This document shows, in pieces, positions 44,201 to 56,200 of a DNA stretch of 64,000 nucleotides (positions within the stretch are counted from its first letter, which is position 1; the number at the start of each line of letters is the position of its first letter). Made by a program: the position numbers and the translations under genes. Source of the DNA: Sedimentisphaerales bacterium. Lineage in GTDB: Bacteria > Planctomycetota > Phycisphaerae > Sedimentisphaerales > SM23-30. The notes under the pieces are model-generated. The model had not been told where the DNA came from. It saw only the letters and a list, made by a program, of their open reading frames with translations, and ran no database searches. The stretch lies in NCBI GenBank assembly GCA_963666285.1, contig OY762711.1; one strand, given 5' to 3'.

Positions 44201-47200
44201 GCGTGATGACTGGCTGCCATAAATAGTATTGTCAAGGAATGACCTGGTATCAGCCACAAGGGTATTAACTGCTATGGATGCACCAATAGCAGCACCGCCG
44301 GTTGCTACCTGGATGGCACCGGAAACAGCACCAACAACAGCACAATTGAGCGAATACATATCGGCATAGTCAGACAACCAGATAAAGCTGTCTTTGGCAT
44401 AACTCTGCGTTTCTGAAACGAGGGTATTGACTACTAATGAACCACCGGCAGCAAATTTGTCTGCTCCCTGGCCGCTTATCGCGATATTGAAGATTACCGA
44501 GCCGTTTACAGCTTCCATATAGAGACTATCCCCAACATCGGAAGCACTGTTGATACTGCTGGAATCTATATATGTATTTGCATTGTTAACCAGAGTATTA
44601 ATAGATATGGCCGCCCCGGCCGAAGCCTTGCCCTTGGCAGATATCTGGAACGAACCTGCAGCAGAGGCAACAACAGAACCATCGAAGGTCTTCATGGAAA
44701 TGTCATTGGCAACAAATACACTTGAATCCTCGATATATGTCTCGGTATCGGAGGTAAGGGTATTAACCAGCACAGAGCCGCCCAGGGTAAATTCACCACC
44801 GCCCTGACCACTAACGGATAATGCAGCAGTAACAGCACCGTAGCTCGTCTGCATGTCGAGGTTATCACTGTCAGCCGAATAACCGAAAATGACATCGGAA
44901 AGATATGTATCGGTATCATATACAGTTGTACTGATAATAATTGAAGCTCCGGCGGCAACTTTGCCTTCTGAACCGGCTATCTGGATTGAACCGGCCAGTG
45001 AAACAATAACGGAGCCATCAATGGTCTTCATACCGGTATTACCAGATGGATTAACCGCGACATCATGCATAAAGGTGCTGACATCGGTAACAAGGGTGTT
45101 AACGAGAACAGAACCGCCAAGGGTGAATTTGCCACCGCCCTGGCCTGCAACGGCGAAATCAACAAATACCAGTCCGTTAACGGTAGTCATATTTATATCG
45201 TTTACAGCGTCAATAACAAGCTTCTTCAATTGATGAACAGCAGAATTATTATCTGATTGTGCCGGAGCAATATCGATGGCTGTACCTGAAAGAGCGTCTG
45301 CGCTGTCGGCAGCCAGCTTAATGGTCTGATTGTCAACTCTTATAACGTAATAGGTAGTACCATCTGAGAGACCTTCAACAGCAAGACCATCGCCATTGAG
45401 ATCATAAACGACGACATCACCAGTTTGCAGGTAATGCTCAGAAGCAAATGTGATTGTATTATCGTTATCATTAACGGCTGTGTTTGATTCCGGGTCAAAT
45501 TCGCAGTGTGTGCCTGAAATATTGGAGCTTACGTTTGCAACATAAGTCGTAACAACAACCGAAGCACCGGCTGCACCCTGGGCCTTGCTATCAGAATCCC
45601 CCTTGGTAGAGATGCCGAGAGAACCGGCAGCATAGACAACAACCGCACCATTGGTGGTATTCAGATTGATATCACCTGATGAATTAATATAAGTGGTACC
45701 ACCATCTGCTGAAATATAGGATTCCACTTCGGTTACTACTGTGCTAACCGCAATAGAAATTGGCACAGCAACTCCGCCTTTGCTGAAGCCGCCGGCAAGA
45801 GCAATACCAACACAAACAGTAGCATCAATAGTATCTATATTGATATCAGCTGCATTTACGATACTATCAGATATATAGCCGTATGCCGATTCTACCATTG
45901 TGCCAATAACAATCGAGGCACCAACGGCAGCGGTTGTGCCGGATGAAACAGCACCTGCAACAGAAATAATACCACTACCATTTAATGAATAAATATTAAC
46001 ATTACCATTGGCTGTGACAATACTGTCATCGATATAAGCTTTCGTTGTCTGGATAATATTACCGGCAGTGACAGATCCGGCAACAGCTACCCCCTTTTCG
46101 GCACGACATATGCCAAGCGAGAAGCTAAGTTCGACAATGCCGCCGATAGTCATAGAGGAAACATTGATATCACCGGCAACCGAAACTGAAGAATTCTGGA
46201 TATGAGACCTGGTACTGTCAACGATAACATTTATAGTAGCCGCCCCGGCAAAAGCAACGCCCTTCTTGGCTTCCTTTCCTGAATAAGCGACACTACCAGC
46301 AACAGAGACAATACCGGTAGTGTTAACCGCTTTGGCACTGAGAGAATCTGCTCCGGTAATATTAGCATAGTATACCGATGACTGAAGATTTTCTACAATT
46401 ATATTTGCGGTAACAGAGCCTGAAATAGAAGTACCAAACTTCGGCTGGTATTTCTCAGTATCAGGCTGAGCATCTTGGAACTTCTCGTTAAGTTTGTCCT
46501 GCTGGGCTTTATTTATCTTGCTCCAATCGATAGTTTTACCGAATAGAGTACCTGTCTCACTAACGCCGTCTACACCGCCCGGCAGCTTAGTCAAAATAGA
46601 CTTACCTATGCTGCGAGGTATAGACTTCAAGCTGTTTGAAATATCGCGCATGGTCTTCTTCGACTTGGATTCCTGACCGCTCTTGCCTTCCTGAAAAGTA
46701 CCGGCGGCAGCAATAGCAACAATCCCTCCCATATTATCAGCAGAGAGAGAAACGTTACCGGCAGAATAGAGATACCCGGTCGGGTCAGCCTCGTCCAGAT
46801 TGCCAATAATTGCACGGGTATTCCTGACAACAACATTGGCACCAATAGAAACACCAACGGCAGTGTCTTTACCCTTGGAAATAGAACCGGCGATATTGGC
46901 AACTATTGTGGTATCATCGGCATTGACCAATACCGAATCATTTGTCCCTTCGATAATTCCATTGCCAGTGGTAATCTGGGCATCACCATCAATATTAGCC
47001 CGGGTACTATTGACAATAACAATGATATTACCACTGCCGGATATGCCGGCGGATGAACCTTTGCCGGCAGCAGAGGCAATACTAACATTGACATTTGTAG
47101 TTTCGGCATTAACTTTCAGGGTATCGGCATATAGCGAAACACCGCCTTTAATATCCGCATTGGTGATATTAACATTAGCACCAATATAAAGTGAGCCGCC

Positions 47201-50200
47201 CGCGGCATTTTTGGCACCGGAAACGCCAAAGCCAAGCCCGCCGACACCTGTATTAGAAATAATAATAGAAGAAGTCTCAGCCTCAACTGTTACATCCTGA
47301 CTGCCGGATCGGTTAAGGTCTGAGTTAATTACAGCATTTTCGCCAATGTAAGCATTGGCAACATTGACATAGGCACTAATATTAACAGAACCAGCCAGGC
47401 CGGTAGTACCGCCTGAAATGGACGATTTGACATTAGATGTGAACAATCCGCCAATTGAATCGGTAATACCATCCATAATACTGATATCGTTCAGATCGGT
47501 GGTAGTAACCTCGGTAAATACACTTTCTACCTGGGATACAATTGAATCATCACCACCAATATCCTGTAAAGAAGTACCGACACCTTCCCAGCTGTATTCA
47601 AAGTACCATTCATAACCGGATTCGGCATGAACAGTTATATCTTCATAGGCATCAACTACCGCTCCACCGGCAATATATGCATTTGTCAGATTAACATAAC
47701 CGGCCAAAACGATAGAAGCTCCGATACTGGTCGTATTACTGTTTTTATCATTTTCAATTTCACTGGAAGCACCTATCTTTGGAGATAGCATATTTGAAGC
47801 ATCAACAGAAACAGAGCCCATATCAGATTCTACTTTTGCGTTTGAACCGATATAAGCATCCACCATACTGACATGAGCCTGAAGAGCAAGAGCCGGTGCA
47901 AAAGCTATTTTTCTGGACTGAGACTGATTTTTCTGATCATCACCCGTTTTATTCGTGTCTTCAGAATTTGATTTATTCGCATCATCCTTGTTAGCTGCAT
48001 TCTTCTTTTTGACCTTATTGGCAATACCCATAACGGCTTTCTTAGCCAGAGATTGAATATCGCCTGGATTATCGTTATCCTCCGGAAATTCAGTACTGGC
48101 AGAAAGGCCATCACTTTCCATGGTCTGGACGGCAGAAATTGTTACATTACCACCCGCTGTTACAGTACCGTTGAATGATGCCTGGGCTGTGCCAACAAAA
48201 ACTGAAACTGCTACACCGGCAGCTACATAACCATCTTTATGCGTTTCCGCTTCGGCTTCGATACTGGAATCCTTGAATATCTCCGATTTCATATTGAAAT
48301 CGCCGGTAACATCCAAAACTGCACCATCCTGAACTGTAGTAACAGAGGTAGGAACAGAGACACCAATAGCCAAAGCAAAATTGAATACCTGGAGTTTATC
48401 TAATTTTTCCGGTAAAGACGTTCCGTAAAAGATATCATGCTGAACAGAAACATTTACACCACTATAAGCAGAAGAGAGCATATCAAGATTGCCGGAAGCA
48501 TTGATCTGTACCTGATCTTCGACAGTAACTTCGGCGGTAGGAACAGAAACCGCAACACCAACACCAACAAAGATAGACCCGACTGTCACATTAGCTTCAG
48601 AGACTGCCTGGGCATCAATAACAACATTAGCACCATCAATAACCGTACCAGAACCAATAGTAATACGTGAATCGGCAACAGAAACAGATACTCCGCCAAT
48701 GAGCTGGAATATAGTAAGGTCCAGGAAGTCCTGTATATTACCAACCACTTCCTCGGCAACACTGTCTTCTTCCAGATCATAGATCATAGAAGTATCAGCA
48801 ACAGCTTTAATTGTGATATTTTCGCCATGCAGGACTGCATTGTCTATATCGATGCTGACAACATCAACCTCAACTACAACAGGCGAGAATGTCTCCATTA
48901 TGGCAATGCCTATATACTGCCAGATGGCCGAGGCCGTATCAATAGGAGTCTTGGTCGCTGTAAGATTTATATCGCCTCCTGCGATGCCGGAAGCTGTATC
49001 GGCATAGGTCAGAATTTGCGAGCCGCTCTTTAGGTATATATCGGGAGCTGTCAGATTAACTGCTCCAAACTGAGTAAGGACCCCAGAAGGATTGATACGA
49101 GTTGATATAGTAACATTTTCTGCTAATTCAATAGAATCTCCGCTGATCAGAGACAGATCGCCGGCAATGTTAATGTCACTGCTGATAGTAATCTTATCGC
49201 TATCAATAATGGTAAGTGAGCTGTAGTTTCCGTTGAAGTCATAAATATCATTACCTGTACCACAGATCAATACATCATTACCACCATTACCGTTAATAGT
49301 ATCAGAACCACCGGCTCCGTAGATTATATTATCACCGGAATCACCGGTCAGTATATCATCACCTTCGGTACCTTCGATATTTTCGAAGCCTGATATGGTA
49401 TCAGCTCCGGCAGGACCGGATACCTGGCTGGTTTCAAGGTTGACAGTCACGCCGGTATTAGACGCATCGATAGGTGTATTGAGATATGAGACAGTATCAA
49501 CACTACCTTCGCCATAAAGAAAGTCATCGCCAAGGCCGCCAATAATTATATTACTATTGCCATCGCCATGGATAGTATCAACCTGATCGGTACCAATAAC
49601 ATTTTCGATATCAGTAAAATTATCACCCAGGGCATCATTTGTATTAGTACCGTTATTGCCAAGATAAACTGTCACACCAGTAGTTGAAGTTTCATATGAC
49701 ACAGTATCACTGCCGCCCCTGCCGTCAAACCGGTCACCACCGGCACCACCGATAAAGATATTATTTGAACTGTCACCATAGAAGAAATCGGCGTGATCTG
49801 AGCCCTGGAAAACTTCGATACTCACAAAATCGTCACCGGCGGCATGGTAAGTATTATTGGCAGGAATATTCAGGTCTATAGTAACGCCATTAGTTGAGTT
49901 TGCATAGGAAGCAATATCTCTACCGGCACCACCATCAAGAATATCGCCGGCATCCATACCTTCGAGTACATCATCGCCTAAACCACCATATATTTCATTT
50001 GCAGAACTATCACCTGTCAGTATATCATCATAATCAGAGCCAATCAGGATTTCGAGGTTAAGTAATGTATCAGTATATCCATTTTCTGAAGCTGTTGCAC
50101 CAAGCGTTGCGGTAACGCCTGAAATTGAATATTCATAGCTTACCGTATCTTCATTATCGCCGCCATCAATGGTATCATTACCCCAGCTGCCAATCAAGGT

Positions 50201-53200
50201 GTCATTACCGGCAAGACCATAGACAAAATCAGAACCTGCTCCGGCTTTGATGATATTATCCCCGGCATCACCGTAGATCGTATCGCCATAGCTTGAACCA
50301 ATTACATTCTCTATTCCGTTATAGGTATCACCTCCTGCATCACTTCCAGAACTTAAACCGTTTGCAGAATCCAGATAAACCGTCACCGGTCCGCTGTCCT
50401 GATATGACACCCAGTCGCTGCCATCACCACCAATTAATGTATCACCACCGGCACCACCGGTTAAGACATTGGAATATTCATTACCAATAAGTATATCAAT
50501 TCCAGGAGAACCAATAATATTTGAGATATTGGCAATTGTGTCATCATTAGCTGCAGTCACCGGTTGAGCATCTGTTATTGACAGATTGACTGTAACACCG
50601 GAATACAGTTCATAACTTATAGTATCATCACCAAATCCACCATCGACAATATTGTCACCGTCATTAAGAATAATAAGATCGTCACCCAGTCCACCGGAAA
50701 TATTACTGCCAAGCGAGGAACCGATAAGCCTGTCATTATACGGGCTGCCGATAACATTGGTAATATTTGTATAAACATCTCCTTCTGCATCACCGCCCAG
50801 GCCGGTACCTGCTTCCAGATCGACTGTTACTGCTTCTTCTGACCCTGCAAACGAAACCGTATCAGCTTTATTTCCACCACCGCCATCAATTGTATCAGCG
50901 CCACCGCCGCCAATAATTATATTACTTTCATCGGCACGCCCATAAAGAAAATCATTTTGGGCAGAACCTTCCAGGTTTTCGATTGAGTCAAATACATCGC
51001 CAACAGCATCACCTAAAGCCGGATTTGTGCCAGATAAGTCAACCTGCACCATTTCCGTACTATTGGCATAAGATGCGGTATCGGAACCTTCACCGCCATT
51101 TAGAGTATCAGCTGCCCCGCCGCGTCCTTCCAGTATATCGTCACCATCGCCGCCATTTATGATATTGTCTTCGGAATCACCACGCAGGATATCATCATAG
51201 GCACTACCGGTTAGATTTTCAAATCCCCTGATCTCATCATTATCAGCACCATAGGTGAACTGAGAAGTCAATATCGACAAATCAACTTCCACTTCCATTT
51301 CAGCGGAAGCATATGAGACGGTATCAATACCGCTGCCGCCAACCAGCTCATCATCGCCATAGCCACCCTCAACAATATCATCGCCATCTAATGCAGTAAT
51401 ATAGTCATCACCATCACCACCAGTAAGAATATTAGCTTCGTTTGAGCCATAAATAAAGTCATCATATTCTGAACCAATTGCATTTTCAAAGCCGGCTATA
51501 ACTTCAACATTTTCTTCTCCATCAATAGCCTGACCATTAAGCAGATCGACCACAATACCGCTTATATCATCAGCAAACGATATGGTATCATTTTCAGAAC
51601 CGCCATCAAGTGAATCAAGACCAAGGCCGCCCAGGATAATATCATCACCGGCCTGACCCAGGATAGTATCGTTGCCTTCACCACCATAAACTATATCATT
51701 ACCGGCAGCAGCCTGGATATTATCATTTCCGCCAAGTCCATATATTATATTATCATGGTAATCACCGTAAATAATATCATCATATTCTGATCCGGTAACA
51801 TTGCTTATACTGACAAGTTCATCGTTATCCTGACCAGTTTCATCCATGCCGAAAGACAGCCCAAGATTGACAATAACATAATTTTCCGAATATTCATACG
51901 ATACTGTGTCAGAGCCATCCTGACCATTCAGATAGTCATTGCCATAACCACCTATAAGAGTGTCTGCACCGTTACCACCGTAGATTTTATCATCGCCTTT
52001 GCCGCCATCAATGATATTGTCATCACTATTACCAGTCAGAATATCATTATATACCGACCCGGTAATATTGGCGATATCTACGAGATTATCAACACCAATA
52101 AAGACACCCCAGGCACTTCCGGATAAAAGATCGACAGTTACAAAATTACTGCTGTCGACATATGAAATGGTATTTGAACCATCCTGACCGTAAATATTGT
52201 CATTACCAAGCGAACCGATTATGGTATCATCGCCATCGCCACCGTAAATATTATTACTAAAGACACTACCGGAGAGAGTATCATCATATTCCGAACCGAT
52301 TAGATTATATATGCCGGAAAGAGTATCGATATTGCTATATCCATCTTCAGCCTCACCATCGAGACTGACAGTAACAGCTGATTCATCATTGGCATAACTT
52401 GCGGTATCGCTGCCGCCGCCGCCGATGATAATATCGGCTCCTTCTCCACCTTCAAGGATATCAGCAGCCAGACCGCCATAAATGTAGTCATTACCAGAAC
52501 GGCCAAAGATGTAATTAGCATTTGAATCGCCGAAAAGGATATCATCATAATCAGAACCAATAATATTCTGAATATTAACATAGCTGTCACCATCAGCTTC
52601 ATCACCGGTACCGGTAACACCACCGCTAAGTCTGACGGTAACACCAGTTGCGGCATCCGCAAAAGATATGGTATTGGTACCACCAAAACCATCTATAGTA
52701 TCAGCCCCTAACCCGCCAATAATAATATTATCATTAGAATCACCAGTAATAGAATCAGCAAATGCCGAACCGATAATATTTTCTATTGAATCAAGATCGT
52801 CAGTATATATCCCATCAGAACCAGTAAACACGTCCAAGTTAACAGTTACAGCACCACTATTAACATATGAAACCCAGTCGCTGCCATCCTGACCGTATAA
52901 TTTATCGCTGCCGGATGAACCTTCGAGAGTATCATCACCATCACCACCATAAATATAATCTATGCCATCACCACCAATTAAATAGTTATCTGCACTGTCA
53001 CCTGTAATCGTATCAGAATATGCAGTACCAATTACGTTTTCAATTGATTCATAACTATCACCGGCAGCAATACCGGTATTATTAGATGGCGATGCCAGGT
53101 TAATAGTCAGGCCCTGACCGGCCAGCTCATAGGTAATTACATCGGTACCGGCATCACCGTAAATCTCATCTGCACCGGTCGAAGCAAAAATTATGTCATC

Positions 53201-56200
53201 GCCGCCGCCGGCACTAATTACGTTATCAGAATCATTACCGTAAATAGTATCAGCATAATCGGAACCAATAATATCGTTGATAAATACCAGGGTATCAACA
53301 CCGGCACCATAAGTATTCTGACTGGAAGCTTTGCCCAGATCGACAGTAACCCCGGCAGAAGCACCGGCATAAGATACAGCGTTTGTACCACCACCACCAT
53401 CAATGATATTTATACCTTCATTACCAGCAATAACATCGTTATCGGCACCACCATACAATTCATCATCACCACTGCCGCCATAGATCAAATCATCGCCGGC
53501 TTCGCCGTAAACAGTGTCATTACCACTGCCGGAGAAAATAATATCAGAACCACCGGCACCATAGATAGTATCATTACCGGCACCTGTAATTATTTTATTG
53601 CTTGCCTGGTTACCATAAATCGTATCATTTAAATCGGAACCTATAACATTCTGGATATTATACAGCTCATCTATATCATTCTGGCCATTATCCTGCTGCT
53701 TCTGGGTAAGCTTGATAGTAACACCAGTCATTGATTTCTGGTATGATACTGTATTGACACCCTGACCACCAACGATAGTATCATTACCCAATCCACCTTC
53801 AAGGGTATCATCGCCATCAAGACCGTAAATCTCATCATTACCTTCGCCACCAAAGATATAGTTACCTTCATCATTACCGGTAAGGATATCAACTTCATCG
53901 GTACCGGTAATATTAGTAATACCGCTAATTGTGTCCAAACCGGCACCGGTATCCTGGGCACCGCTGATTGACAGATTTACAGTAACACTGGTTGTCATAT
54001 CAGCATAGGAGACTTCATCTGTGCCTTCACCGCCGGAAATGGCATCATCGCCAAGTCCGCCGTAGATAATATCGTCACCTTCGCCGCCTTCCAGGTTGTC
54101 GTTATTATCGCCACCATAGATTGTGTCGTCACCGGCACCACCAAGAACCGAATCATCACCGGCACCGGCATATATTACGTCATTTCCCTCACGACCTTCA
54201 ATTGAGTCATCACCGGCATTACCGTATAGATAATTGTCTCCACTGCCGCCGACAATAGTATCATTACCGCTGCCGCCATAGACATTATCGACAAACCTGA
54301 CACCATCGGTACCTTGAGCCTGTGCCAGGGTCTCATCATCCTGAACATCAAGATTGACTGAAATGTCTGTGGTATAGCTGCTGTAGTCAAGTGTCAATAT
54401 GCCGTCAGTTGTACCTTCGATAGTACCGGCAAACTCTGCACCATCTTCAAAAGCGATAATTGTTGTGCCAAGAGAGGCAATAATTTTCTCTATATTTCCA
54501 ATATGGCTAATTATGGTATTGTTATTTACAGCTAACGATACGGTCTGGTCTGTGTGAATTGTTATGGTAACATCTGAACTGCTCGTTGAAAAGTCCAGCA
54601 CATCCTCTGAATCGCCCAGCGACTCTTCTGCATCATTTTCATAGTCCGGTGCCACTTCCAGTATTGTATCATTATCCCAAAGGTCGCCAAACTGATAGGT
54701 GTCACTGCCGCCGCTGCCTATCAAAGTATCATTACCAAGATATCCTTCCAGAATATTAGAGGTATTATTACCAACAAGGATATCATCAAATTGTGAACCG
54801 ACCAACCCTTCAATCCCGCTTAGGGTATCCAGACCGGCTGATAAAGTGTCTTGTTCTTCGCCATCAGCATCAAGGGTAACAGCTACCGCAGAGCCGGAAA
54901 GCCTATATGATGCAATATCAATACCTTCACCGCCGATTATGATATCATCACCTGTCAGCCCTTCGATAATATCATTTCCTTCGCCACCATCAATGACATT
55001 ATCCAGAGAACTGCCGGTTAAGATATCATCAAAAGCAGAACCGGTAAGATTGGTTATCTCGAAATACTCATCTCCATCATTACTGCTCCCGCTCGCCAGA
55101 TCGGCAATAACGCCGATTGTGGAATATATATATGCGGCTGTATCGTTTCCGCCATTACCATAAAGCTTATCAGCACCGCCGTTACCAATAAAAATATTAT
55201 CTTCGCTATTACCATAAAGAGTGTCAGCAAAATCAGAACCTTCGAGGTTCTCTATGCCGTCAAAAGTATCACCCAGGGCATAGCCGGTATTGGTACCATT
55301 ATTGCCAAGATAAACAGTAACTCCGACCGGTGCAAACCGATATGACGCGGTGTCACTGCCACCACCGCCGGTTATTTCATCGGCTCCGGCACCACCGACA
55401 ATAATATTGTCGCCAGAATCACCTGTCAGGAAGTCACCATAACTGCTGCCGTAGATATTATCTATCTTAGAGACAGAACCAGCTACACCATCCGCTGATT
55501 TAGATGACAGATTTACTGTAACTGAGCTATTGTATTGACGGTAATCCAGGGTTGCAGTACCAATCGTATCATCATTAGAACTGCTGCCAACTATATCACC
55601 ATTAAATACCGCACCATCTTCGAATGTATATATATTATCGCCGGAACCGCCGATTATTTTCTCAATATTTGCCACATAATATAAACTGCCATCTTCAGAA
55701 CTTACCGAAAACGTACCGTCGACATGGAAAGTAAAGACGATATCAGTAGTAACCTGACTGAAATCGAGAGTATCGGTTCCTTCATCGGCATTTTCGATAA
55801 CAGTATCGACGCCCCAGCTGTCACTAAAGATATATTTATCGTTACCATCTTTACCGGTAAGGGTATCGTTGCCTTCCAGACCGATCAGTTTATTGTTGCC
55901 ATCACTCCCCAGCAGTATATCATCGTAGGCAGAACCGTCCAGATTAACCACACTGGTAAAACTATCCTGCCCGGAATCACCGACCTGCTCCTGGCTGCCC
56001 GTGCCAAGATTTATTGACACACCGGATTCTGAGCCTTTATAGGATATTTCCGTATCAGCACCACCGATAATCGTATCATCACCCTGAGAACTAACGATAA
56101 TCTCAATACCGCTGATACCAGATGTAGCAGCTGCTAAACCGGCAGGAATATCAACTGATATGCCGGTTGAATAAGCAGAATAATCAAGGGTATCATCTCC

